Position numbers and translations under genes: made by a program
Notes under the pieces: generated by a model
What the model was told of the DNA's origin: nothing
Database searches by the model: none
The model's input: the letters and a program-made list of their open reading frames with translations, nothing else
Shown: positions 25,435-37,191 of the stretch, one piece after another
How the letters are laid out: every line of letters starts with the position of its first letter
How positions within the stretch are numbered: the stretch's first letter is position 1
From: Tubulanus polymorphus
Lineage: Eukaryota; Animalia; Nemertea
DNA: 64,000 nt
Assembly: GCF_964204645.1 (NCBI RefSeq)
Contig: NC_134025.1
Coordinates: 17,645,101 to 17,709,100 of the forward strand
Direction: 5' to 3'

Positions 25435-26878
25435 TAAGATAAAACCCACTATTTAAAAATTAAAAGAAATCTAAAATCGAGAATTATTTATTGAAATAAT
25501 CTAAAATGTAAGAACATGGCGTTTCGATCTCACACTAGAGATCATCGTCAGGTGTGAGACTAAAAACAAGGGTATATATAAAGAGGAGAACAGGTTAATT
25601 GAGTAAATTGGTGAGTGAGTGTAATTAGTGTTTGGCAAGGCATGAAGTAATATACTTAGAAAGAAGGGAATTGTGAGGAGAAAAGCCATTATTTAAATTG
25701 GTACTAATATCTGAGTGACGAGTAATTAGGGCAGACTCAACTGTGTGGCGTTTAGTGTAATTGCTGGAAGTATAAATAATTTCGGCTTTATCAAAATTAA
25801 AACCATGACCAGTGTTCCAAACATGATTGGCTACACCACTAGCCGGTTTTTGATTTATTATATCCTTTTTGTGTTCCGAAATTCGAGTTTTAAAATCACG
25901 ACCAGTTTCTCCAAAGTACATTTTATCACAGCCAAAACGAGGAATTTTGTAAACTCCGCAGTCCAAAGGTTTAGATTGATTGTTTTTTACCAAAGTCTTG
26001 CTAATTTTGTTTTCATACGTGAAAATGATTTGTCTATCCAATAAAGGGAGAGAGTGACGAAACTTTTCCAAAACAGGTACATACGGAACTACAATGAATT
26101 CTGAAATGTGTTTTTTTTTTATTTTCTGGAGGTTTAGAATTAAAGAAAGTACGTTTAGCCTTAGAAATAGCGATTTTCAAAATGTGATCAGGATAAGCCA
26201 ATTTTTTAAGAGAGTTGGATATGTGGTCAAATTCAGCCGAAAGGAAGGTTTCATCGCAAATCCGCAGTGCACGGAGAAAGAGGCCTTGAAAAAACAAATG
26301 AGAGTATTTATTGTGAATTAGAACATCTAAAAACGGGATTTGGTAATTTTGTTCCCATTCAAATGTGAATTTCAAAGATGGATATTGAGAGTTGATGAAG
26401 TCAATAAAAGAGTTAAGATCAAAATCATCAGAAACTAAAGCACAGAATGTCATCAACACATCCAATCCAAAAGTTAGGTTTAGAGCCAGCGTAATTTCGG
26501 AAGAATTTCGCATTCAAAATGTTCAAGGAAAAGATTAGCCAAAATGGGGGATAATGGGTTGCCCATAGCGAAACCGAAAATTTGTTCATAGATTTTGTCT
26601 TGGAATTGGAATTATAGATTGGTTGTACAGAGCTCCAAAAGTTCAAGTAAGCAATCTACAGGAACCGGGAGATCAAGATTGGAGTCCGGGAGTTTTCTTC
26701 TTAATAAATTGAGAGTTGGTTCCAATGGTATATTTGTAAACAAGGATATAGCGTCGAAACATATAAATTTTTGGCCATTAGGTTTGAGATTTTTGAGTTA
26801 GTCTAGAAGATCCATATTGTGCCGAATGTGAGAATCAGAATAAGTACCCAGAGCCGGGGAGTACTTTAGCCAGATATT
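25435..26878 (-). mobile_element. Penelope-like element (5'-truncated RT, GIY-YIG endonuclease, 3' pLTR), decayed
   Basis: FAMGNPL, CVDD, GVYKIPRFGCDKMYFGETGR..RISEHK..E..N. Colinear with 35659-37191, with an internal deletion. Confidence 0.9.
25514..25555 (-). ncRNA. Penelope minimal hammerhead ribozyme (mutated)
   Basis: ACAC-CTGACGA-tGATCTC tagtgt GAGATC-GAAAC GCC-ATGT on the minus strand. Confidence 0.7.
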
Positions 26879-29800
26879 TGGACGTAGTTTTTATTCTGAA
26901 GAAATCTTGTTTAAAAGTATTAGTTAAATATTTATGTACCCTGTGTTAAATCAGATGGAGAGGCCCATGTACTTCTTCACAAAAATAGCATTTTGACCTT
27001 TCAAGGAGATCGGTGTGCAGCAAAGATATACGCGTTACCTCCGCTATGAGATTTTCAGGCAGGTGGGGAAATCGAGTCACCCGGTTCTATAGTCATGAAC
27101 ACTGTACTATAACGTCCAGACATCCATCTAAAAGAGTCCATGCTCGTAGGTACCAGGTTTATAGTATCCAGACAGCAGGCGAATCATTTGGGTCACCTGC
27201 AATGTACTTTAACCACAGAAATTTAGCACTGCAATGCTTTAACCAACCAACAGCTGATAGAGTTCATCAGAGCATCCAAACTTTAAATCTCCAGAAATCT
27301 ATCTACTGTTTTATATGCAGTGGATGCCATGTGTCCCTCTAATCGCCTGTATCAATGCAAACATTTAACACCTGTGGCGATTTTAACTGCTAAATCTGTC
27401 AGCGATCACTCGATACCGTTACTTTTCATAGTGAGCTGTTGATATCTTAAAAGTGAGATTGAAACAAATCCTTCCCGGATAAAAGGAACACCTTAAACGG
27501 TCACCTAAAACATATTCATAGTCTTGGATAATTACATGCCATATAATCATTTTAGTTCAGGAATCGAAATGTTTGAAGCTCGGCTTAAAAATCCTCCGAT
27601 ATTTAACAAGTGTTTTAAAGAACACTGGTATGTTTGATAACAGGGTCGAATGGCTTATTTTGAATTTGAACATTTCATCCAATTCCAAATTGGCTACATA
27701 TTTCTAGGTTTCATACTTTTTGAGACAGGATGATTTAATATTGTTTAAACAATTAAGAGAAATCCCTCAAGAAAATCAAGACACGGTGAATATATTTAAA
27801 GCAACGTTTCGCCTAAAAAATTGAAAAGCTATATTGTATTTCTAATATAACACATGTGCATGATCAGGCCTCATGACAGATAGGCTACTACTCAACGGTG
27901 AAAGCCCTTAAATTCTGCTGACCTTTATTAATTTGTATTAGATAACAAACGTGACTTAAGCAAGGGGACAAAACGCGGACAGCGATTTTATTGTCTGTAT
28001 CAATAAAATACATGATTAAGCATATATAGCCTTGGTATTTTTCTGCGCAGAAGTGTGTTTGTTGTTTGAGCTAAATGGATGAATGCCATATGTATAACTG
28101 AGCAATAATGTTTTAATGCAATAGAGCTACCCCTCCCTCTCCGTAACTTTCAATCAATCTATGGTCCTAAAACCGTTTCGTATCAATAGATACATTAGAT
28201 GTAGATGTTGATTTAATTTCCGATAACAGAAACAATTAGTAGTCGTACTTTTCGGAAATTCAACTTAAGTCAGACTTTTCTAAGTCTGAGGATTTTTCTT
28301 AGTTCCAAACGATTCGACTTGTCACCGAATAACCAAGACCTCAATTCTTGTTATATCTTTGTGTTCATTTGTAAAATATTATGTACATATTCAAGCACGA
28401 ATCAAGGACTTCGATAAGAAACAGATTTTGAGAAAACTGATTCTGATATATGTCATCTGTGAGGGAAACGAGACATCAAGCTTAATTGCTGTTCTTGGTT
28501 CGACTCCGTTTTCATAGCCGTAAATACCCGGTTAATCGAACAGCCGTCTTACCGAGTCAACAGGTCATTTTTTCAAACTCAAAATAAAATGTTGTTGGCC
28601 GCATTGCTCTTCCGGATCGATATTTGAATATTTATTCAAACAAAATATGTATTTAACATAAAACCAGACAGGAGAAAGTTAGACGCAATTGTGTATATAT
28701 GTTGATATTTCCTCTGTTCACAAGTTTACAACTGCTTACATCTGTTTTTATAAATTATTTAAACCGTCCAACTTGAGTACGTCCACTAACAACCGTCTTG
28801 TTTGGTTCTCGCGTGGGAACCACGCATCCTTTTTAGTCTATATCTACTTAAACTAGACACGACGTAATGATTGACAGTTCAGATAACTGTGTAGTTTTGC
28901 TGCTAGCGGAAAATAAGTCCATTGTAAATAATTTTTTGATTCATAAAATACTAAATCACCCTAAAGTAAGGGAATATTCTCCCAACTGGACTCAATTTAA
29001 AATGTTTTGCGCCATCATTGACCTCGAACGATGAATTCAATGTAATTTTAAAACGCACTGAAAAATAACTTAAATATAGCGGTAAATTTCCGTCAATAAG
29101 ATTTTATTAATTATGGTATTTCATTGAATTTTAACTGAATTCGGCGAAGTTCAAACACCTTTCAACCTAGCAAGACAGCCATATCAGTGCGATTATACAT
29201 TCCTCTGTCAGGAAGAGAATTTTGGTCAAGCCCATTTTCATGTATAGTCAATTAGCACACTGTCCTTTAAAACCAAGCAACATGTGATGCTTACAGTGTG
29301 CAGTGCTCAGTGACGTCACACAGAGCTCCTAAACTATAATGATCATAAAATTGAACTAAACTCAATGTATCGGTACAAATCCGAACATGTACACGGCCGG
29401 TATTTTACATTTGATACCAAAAACCCGTTCATGCAGCGCACAGACCACACCAACCCGTGAAGTTTCGCCGTTAGTTTCTTATAGTAATCATTTGCTCGGA
29501 CGAAACTTATTTAGTTAACATTCTAACCGTGTGAATCCCTAGTTTTCGGAATTCTGACATTTTAGGAATTGTGCGCATAAACACCGCTTTCCAAATGAAA
29601 TTTGGAATCTAAAGATAATTATCGTTTTAATACGTGAATTTGAAACTGTCGTAGGTTATCACTATAATTGCTATAACATAATTATCCTTCATGATTAAAA
29701 GCATAAATACAGTATCGGGAAAGGAAACTAACTCCATCCTTTATATTTCAATTCATATTTTGACACAGAATAGCGAACAGTAGGACCTTCTCAAGACGAA

Positions 29801-29932
29801 ATAAAAACAGATTCTCTCTGTCACCACATCTTCAAAATACTGTTTATTTATGGTAACATCCAATTGGCCAGTACTTCAAATACTGTAAAAACAACCGACT
29901 GGGGTTGGGCCAGTAATCGCAAGCAAAGGTCA

Positions 29933-30038
29933 TGCAGTGAACCGACCTAGGCAACAATATTGTAGCCTCGGTTAGTGTTTACAAAAAAAGTTGTGCAGTG
30001 AACCGACCTAGGTTACAATATTGTAGCCTCGGTCAGTG
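29933..30038. repeat. Subterminal 61-bp repeats (2 copies, inverted relative to 21439-21600)
   Basis: AACCGACCTAGGYWACAATATTGTAGCCTCGGTYAGTG at about 29940 and 30001. Confidence 0.9.
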
Positions 30039-30190
30039 CTAACAGCTGAATCACACGTTCTATGCAAACCCGCACTGCTAGGTAACAAATTATCTATCAT
30101 TCCTTTGACCGATGCATAACTGTTTTCTTTTTTCAGCTTTACAATTGATTCCATGAATTTAATAATTCCATTTTCGAATAATAATGTGTT

Positions 30191-32043
30191 CAGAGCCAAA
30201 TTAGCTTGCACCCTTATCGCTAAGGGTACCTGATGGCACAAGGACTTTGCCATAGACTGTAACAACCTATCCAAGACCACAACCTTGTCGGCTATCTCGT
30301 TGGGGTCAGGGTTGTCTCTAGCAAGAACCTCCTTGACCGCCGACAATTCACCATGCATGGCTAATAAAGCTACGTCCTGGAAGCTATTTATCATACACAA
30401 GCTCTCTGACAAACTCTGTAGAGCCTGAAGAGCCTGCTTAGGCATGGAGAGCGATGGTGGTAAAACGGACGGGAGCCCTATCGAGCTGGCGTCCGCGTCC
30501 AACGACGTGTGCGGTTTGAAGGAGAACCCGGGGTTGAATAGAACCCGGTTCTGAACCCTCTTATCTTCGGGTCTACCGCCGTGAAGAACCTATTATCCTT
30601 AGCCCCTGACTCCAGGGGGGCCAAGTCCACTCCTGAGAGGTTCTCTTTGAACCCCATAATGTGGAATCCAAGGCCTCTTTAAATTCCTCGCGGTAGATTG
30701 CATGAGGGGCGAGGACCACCTCATCTTGACCCTCCTGAGCCTCAAAGATCTAACTGGCCGCCGCCCGGTGTTGAGTGGGCTTAGGCCTCTGAGACGTACC
30801 CCCATAGTTGACCAGGAACTCCTGAATCAACTGGTTCCACGATAAGTCGGGACCCTGATCCCCCCTGTGGAGGGAGAAGGAGAACCGGCTCGGCATAAGG
30901 GCGTTGCCACGGGTAACCGCACTGCTTAAGTGCCTTCGAGGTTTGTACCCTGTACGAGCCGACTAGGGGGGTTGGAGAGTGAACCCGACTGGGGCCCCTG
31001 TTCCTCATCAAAATCGGAGCCTGCTTGAAGATCGACTCGATCCTCATTACGAGAATCAGGCTCGGATTCCGAGGCAGGTACCGCTTGTACAGCTGTTACC
31101 CGGCTATCAATAGTAGAAATCTTTTCCACCAAGGCCGAAAGCTGTTGAGTACAGGTAGCCATAAATGATTTCAACTCCTCTACGCCGGGGTCATTGCGCC
31201 CTTGCGAAGGGGAAGTGGACCTGCGATGTAAGTAACGCCTGCAATCTCTCGCCAGCCTAGGAGACCTCGAGTCAGTTGACGACTCAGAACGACGTCGAGA
31301 GCGTTTAAGGGGCTTACGTTTCCTAGACCGTGCCCTATGGGCTTTCGTCGACCGGCTACTGCTTGAACTCCCCGAAGAGGAATGACTCCTCCTGGGGCTA
31401 GAAGTCGAAACTCTAGCGTTATGTAGCCTGCGACCGGCACGGGTCCCTTGTGAGCCCGACCGTGACCGATGGTCCAGTGACCATGACCGTGGATCCCGTG
31501 AACGGGGAGTGACCGGGGATCCAAAAAACGTGGATCCCGTGAACGCGACCGTGGATCCCGAGACCGTGGAACCCGTGACCGTGGATCCCGTTACCGTGGA
31601 TCCGTGGACCGGGTATCGTCCACTTTGGAGGGCCTGTCCGGGACACAGTTCTTGGCCTGTGCCCGCGGGCACCACTGCCGCCATCAGGTAATGGCAGACA
31701 GGTGCCTAGTCGTGGGCCCTGACCAGGAGCCTGGGCAGGACTGGATGAAGCCACACCGGCCCCCGCCCCGCTGGAGAGGGGGTGGGTTACTCGAACCCTC
31801 CGGTTGGATACCGGTCGCTTTTGACCGCGAAGCGGCTGGACGAGATCGTTCAGCTCGCTTCCACGTGGCTTCATCCCACGCCGCGCAGTGAGGACACGTG
31901 GAGTGTCGACTGCAGGGCTGACCGTGGACAGCCTTGCGGCAGGCCTGACACGTATCATGCGTGTCCCATAGGCCGAACACACGGCCACAACCCTTATTCG
32001 AACACCTCTTCTGCCCTTTGGGGGCAAGAGGTGAACTGGACAT
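30191..32043 (-). pseudogene. DIRS gag N-terminal and central part (frameshifted)
   Basis: ATG at 32043; Cys/His finger RCSNKGC..DTHDTCQAC..H..CPHCAAW; Ser/Arg-rich region; helical region at 30195-30502; several stops and frameshifts. Confidence 0.8.
31483..31610. repeat. 15-bp coding minisatellite (ACCGTGGATCCCGTG-like) within gag
   Basis: About 7 degenerate units encoding GSTVT repeats on the minus strand. Confidence 0.8.
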
Positions 32044-32801
32044 TCTGATTTCGAAAATACGAATACGATGCCTAAGAAAAATCAATTACAAAACGCGAAC
32101 GGCTTAGAATAATCAATTACAAAATGCGAACGGGACCGAACAGAGAGAACCCGTCGCAGAGAAATCTCTGAACCGGAACGGTGAATCGAATTGATGTGAT
32201 CGAATCTCGGCAAGAAAAGAAACCTCACCGTATTGGGAACGACGCTGGGCCGATCCCGGCAATCCAATCGTTATTTCTTCCCATAAACTCCTACTTTACA
32301 ATTCTTCACCAAACACGTGCGGATGGTTTCATTAAAACGAGAAAACACGCGATTAAAACGGGCAACCAGCTCAATGACATTAACCATGCCACCGCGCCAA
32401 GAATTAAATGAGCGTACATCCGGTGGCGCCACCGGCTGGTGGTAGTAGGCCAAGTTGAATTTCGGGCGGTTATACCAGCAAGCTAAGGTTACTGGCTAGT
32501 ATGTTTTGCAGGGAATGTATATGAAGGGAATATGTGCGCGGTTTTACGTTACCAGCTTTGCAGCTTATTGGAACACTGCCAGTTACCTGGAAAACTTAAA
32601 TTAGGCCACATTGACAAGGCATGTTTTCACACGATGCACACTTGAATTCAAACATATATAATACGTAGCTCATACGTAGGCAGTGGGTCGGTCGGCCATT
32701 TATATCAAAAATAAAATTTATTTCAATGAATCCCAGAAAAAAAGTTTTCACTCGGTACCTTTGAAGGGTTACAGCAAACAGACCATTAATATGGGATAGC
32801 C

Positions 32802-33685
32802 TAAAATTCATATGATATTACATATCAGAGGGTGGCTGAATATTGGGTCACGGAAACCTCTTCCAATGTTGGCCCCGGAAGTTAAAATATCGGTACAGAA
32901 GAAATCGGTTATTAGATCGTTAAAAATCCTGGAATTTACGAACATTCAGACCTCGACCTATACTTTTAGTTTGCTGTTTAATATTTTCAGGTCACAAGAA
33001 ATTACAATTTATTACAAATTCTATCAAACAGAAAACACAGCGCTCATCTTCTGCTACGATTATTCAGCCTATTTTCACGTCAAACGCGCACGCGTTACAG
33101 CATCACCTCGAGTAGTGTACTGTACGAGCTGGTGTGTGTGTCGTGTAGCACTCTGCGCGCACAGGTGGAGGCCTCGTGTAAGTGAATGTTCGCTTACACT
33201 TCAATGTCAATCAAAACAATCACCGGGTATTAAAATGAAACAATACCTATGGCGGATGTGTGAAATAATTACATTCTCACCAGCAATGAGCATTTAAAAT
33301 TCGCACGTATACGGCACCTAGTCCAATGAAACGTTCGCCATTCTATGGCTTTCCCATAATTATTTTAGTAGCGCCGGAATTCCCCGTATATCCCAAAAAC
33401 AACCGATCCCATTCACTCGCAGAGACGACGCCCCAAAATCGAGGTCATTGCAATTTTATACGCGAGAGCTAAGAATTTTCCCGCCAAAAACAGTGTTTCG
33501 TAGAAATTTAACTCAGTTGACCATGTACATCGACGGAGGTTCGTCATGTCTTCAAGCGCATCGATTATACGTCCTTTAACCCGAGAACCAATGTAACAAA
33601 TGCTCACATTAAAAAACGTACCGCGATTTTACATGAAATTGGCTAAATGCCAACTTCATATCGCTGACAAAGGTAAACCAAAAAT
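32802..33685 (+). repeat. Dispersed repeat family Y (right part; left part at about 16940-17020)
   Basis: Colinear with 49670-50540. Confidence 0.85.
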
Positions 33686-33846
33686 GAATGTAAGCGCATG
33701 ATTATTGGAACAGACCAAAACTTGGACTATCTAAAATTGAGCCATCACAAAAATACATCAAAATTTCTTATCATGAACTTAACCCTTGACCTCCTACCAA
33801 CTAAATTAAGACTTACTCGAATTGCACGTGCGACTGCAACCTTGAT

Positions 33847-33847
<1 letters not shown>

Positions 33848-33905
<58 letters not shown>
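33848..33905. repeat. (TA)n microsatellite
   Basis: Directly visible. Confidence 0.95.
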
Positions 33906-33906
<1 letters not shown>

Positions 33907-35658
33907 TAATAGAGAGATAAGTGAGTTGACAAACAGTGCCATCCTGACAACACATATATCCGACCATCTAGCATGCTTCCTAACTTTCAAATAAAAAAAC
34001 TTCACAAAAAATAGAAATGACACTGAAATGATAACCTATAGAGATTTAAACCCCTACAACATTGATCTCATAAATCAACACATTATTGATTTTGACTGGG
34101 AACCATTGGATTATTTAAACTGTAATGACGGTTTCGATTATGTCACGCATAATTTAACAATGATCGTAAACAAAGTAGCTTCCGACAAACGCCGGCACAA
34201 ATACAACGAACCATGGATGACCGCGTCTATTTTAAAATCCTCTCATAAATCGGATAAACTGTATAGGAAAGTATTGAAGCTGCAGAAAGGCCACCCAAAA
34301 TATGTAGAATATATTTCATATAGAAACGCACTTAATACAATCAAACGGAAAGCCAAAAAGGATTACTATAGTACTAAAATAAATTCATTTAAAAATAACA
34401 GTAATAAACTCTGGAGTCTCTTGAAAACAGCAATAGGGAAGAATAATGATAAGAGAAAAGTGTCTTCTTGCGTCACTATAGATAAAAAGATAACTGACAA
34501 TCCCCAAATTATTGGAAATCATTTCTGTAATTTCTTTAGTACAGTAGGACGGGAAACAGCATCATAAATCAATGAATAAAAAAAGGATTTCTCTGATTAT
34601 TTAAAAAAATCTAAAAACAATGATTTTTTTCTTTTTCCAACTGACGATGCCGAAATATGTAAAATTATCAAACAACTCCCTTTCAAAAACCTCATCAGGA
34701 GGCTGTGATATTATGAACAACATCTTATTGAAAAATATCTGTGAAACCATAAGTGGTCCCCTTTGTACCGTATTTAATAAATCCTTTCCAGATATCTTCC
34801 CAGAATCTATGAAAATTGCTAAGGCCAGTAATTCCCAAGGTACTCAATAAACTCATTCATAAATGATTATACAGTTTTCTTACTAAACATATATATCCTA
34901 GTCAATATGGCTTTCGATCTGGCCACTCAACGAATCATGCATCTGAATTCATAGGAAACGTTATAAAAAATCTGGAAGACAAAAAGATCTGGTTTGACTC
35001 ACTCGATATCAATAAACTTTTATATAAACTCTCATATTATGGTATAAGGGGGGCCCCGTTAAATTGGTTCAAAAGCTATTTGTCCAATTGAAAAATTTAT
35101 GTTAGTTATAATCGAACAACATCAATGCAAAACAATGTTGAATACGGTGTCCTGCAAGGCTTGGTCCTTGGTCCTTTGCTCTTTTTGTTATAGGTCAATG
35201 ATATAAATGGTAGCCTTAAATTTTCCAAATCAATACTTTTTGCAAATGACACAACCATATTTTCCTCAGGAAAGAATCTCGATATCATTTTGCTAAATTT
35301 AAAACGTGATCTAATTACACTTGTTGATTGGTTTCACATAAACTAACTCACACTCAGCCTAACTAAAAACAAAGTCTTTAATTTTCAAACCAAGGGGTAT
35401 CACAGCCAAGGGACTCAACAAAACATTAAACATTGGAAAACACATATTGACCTTCACCAACTCCACAAAATTTCTCGGACTAAATATTGACTCTAATTTA
35501 ACCTGGGAACATCATATCAAGCAATTGATAGCTAAGCTAAATAAAAACCTCTATCTACTTAGGACTCTAAAGAACTTCATTCCCCACATATAAAAAGAGC
35601 ATTATACTTTCGATACATACATAGTAATTTGACCTATGGAATAACAATATTCTTTCAA

Positions 35659-37191
35659 GAATATCTGGCTAAAGTACTCTCCCCGGCTTTGGGTACTTTT
35701 TCTGATTCTCACATTCGTCTCAATATGGATCTTTTAGACAAACTCAAAAATCTCAAACCTAATGGACAAAAATTTATATCTTTCGACGCTGTTTCCTTGT
35801 TCACTAATATACCATTGGAACCAACTCTCAATTTCTTAAGAAGAAAACTCCCGGACTCCAATCTTGATCTCCCAATTCCTGTAGAATGTTTACTTGAACT
35901 TTTGGAACTCTGTACTACCAATTTATATTTCCAATTCCAAGACAAATTCTATGAACAAATTTTCGGTTTCGCTATGGGTAACCCATTATCCCCGATTTTG
36001 GCTAATCTTTCCCTTGAACACTTTGAATCCGAAATTCTCCCTAAGTACGCTGGCTCTAAACCTAACTTTTGGATTAGATATGTTGATGACATTCTGAGCT
36101 TAGTTTCTGATAATTTTGATCTTACCTCTTTTATCGACTTCATCAACTCCCAATATCCATCTTTGAAATTCACTTTTGAATGGGAACAAAATGACCAAAT
36201 TCCGTTTTTAGATGTTCTAATTCACAATAAATTTTCTCATTTGATTTTCTCAGTCTACCGTAAACCTATCAACGCCGAGGCATACCTTCACTTCTTTTCG
36301 TTTACTGCCAAATCAATCAAAATCGGTCTCGCTCAAGGACTCTTTCTCCGTGCACTGCGGATCTGCGATGAAACCTTCGTTTCGGCTGAATTTGACCATA
36401 TATCCAACTCTCTTAGAAAATTGGCTTACCCTGATCACATTTTGAAAATCGCTATTTCTAAGGCTAAACGCACTTTCTTCAATTCTAAACCTCCAGAAAA
36501 TAAAAAACACATTTCAGAGTTCATTATGTACCGTATGTACCTGTTTTGGAAAAGTTTCGTCACTCTCTCCCTTTATTGGATAAACAAATCATTTTCACGT
36601 ATGAAAACAAAATTAGTAAGACTTTGGTTAAAAACAATCAATCTAAACCTTTGGACTGCGGAGTTTACAAAATTCCTTGTTTTGGCTGTGATAAAATTTA
36701 CTTTGGAGAAACTGGTCGTGATTTAAAAACTCGAATTTCGGAACACAAAATGGATATAATAAATCAAAAACCGGCTAGTGGCGTAGCCAATCACGTTTGG
36801 AACACTGGTCATCGTTTTAATTTTGATAAAGCCGAAATTATTTATACTTCCAGCAATTACACTAAACGCCACATAGTTGAGTCTGCCCTAATTACTCGTC
36901 ACTCAGATATTAGTACCAATTTAAATAATGGCTTTTCTCCGCATAATTCCCTTCTTTCAAAGTATATTACTTCATGCCTTGCCAAACACTAATTATTTAC
37001 TCACTCACCAATTTACTCAATTAACCTGTCCTCCTCTGTATATATACCCCTGTTTTAAGTCTATTTCTCACACCTGACGATGATCTCTAGGGTGAGATCG
37101 AAATGTCGTGTCTTTTAAATATTTTAGATTTAATAATAAATTCTTGTTTTTAAATTCTATTAATCTGTAAATAGTGGGATTTTATCTTATT
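35659..37191 (+). mobile_element. Penelope-like element (5'-truncated RT, GIY-YIG, 3' pLTR)
   Basis: SFDAVSLFTNIP, GFAMGNPLSP, RYVDD, PFLDV, VYRKP. GIY-YIG GVYKIPCFGCDKIYFGETGR after one frameshift near 36530. Stop at 36992. Confidence 0.93.
37070..37111 (+). ncRNA. Penelope minimal hammerhead ribozyme
   Basis: ACAC-CTGACGA-tGATCTC tagggt GAGATC-GAAAT GTC-GTGT: stem I ACAC/GTGT, 6-bp stem II, GUC cleavage triplet. Confidence 0.78.

Larger units (their letters stand above)
21286..30190. mobile_element. Unclassified 8.9-kb TIR element (AACAC...GTGTT, 4-bp TSD CAGA); no transposase seen
   Basis: The first 36 bp of the TIRs are identical (AACACATTATTATTCGAAAATGGAATTATTAAATTC) and similarity extends further. 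CAGA at 21282-21285 and 30191-30194. Excision restores the gag frame. Confidence 0.88.
17285..32533 (-). mobile_element. DIRS1-like tyrosine-recombinase retrotransposon (about 6.3 kb own sequence), interrupted in gag by an 8.9-kb element
   Basis: ITRs at about 17332-17456 and 32397-32512. ICR at 17491-17587 is complementary to both termini. gag, RT/RNase H/MT and YR ORFs lie on the minus strand. Confidence 0.93.
17024..32801. mobile_element. Zator/Harbinger-type MITE split by DIRS (arms 17024-17284 and 32534-32801)
   Basis: The arms are colinear with 1999-2539. GG..CC ends with CAA/TAA flanks. The empty site caaaTAAaattc is seen in family Y at about 49666-49677. Confidence 0.85.

Noticed and set aside
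27013-27342. 109-aa ORF as the transposase of the 8.9-kb element
   Set aside because: No recognisable motif on either strand; GTG start; minus frames contain stops.
31180-32048. Multiple overlapping ORFs on both strands
   Set aside because: Shadow frames of GC-rich, low-complexity gag.
35629-35658. N-terminus of the 365-aa ORF as a LINE-Penelope fusion gene
   Set aside because: The start is a TTG inside a dead LINE, so this is a chance in-frame junction.
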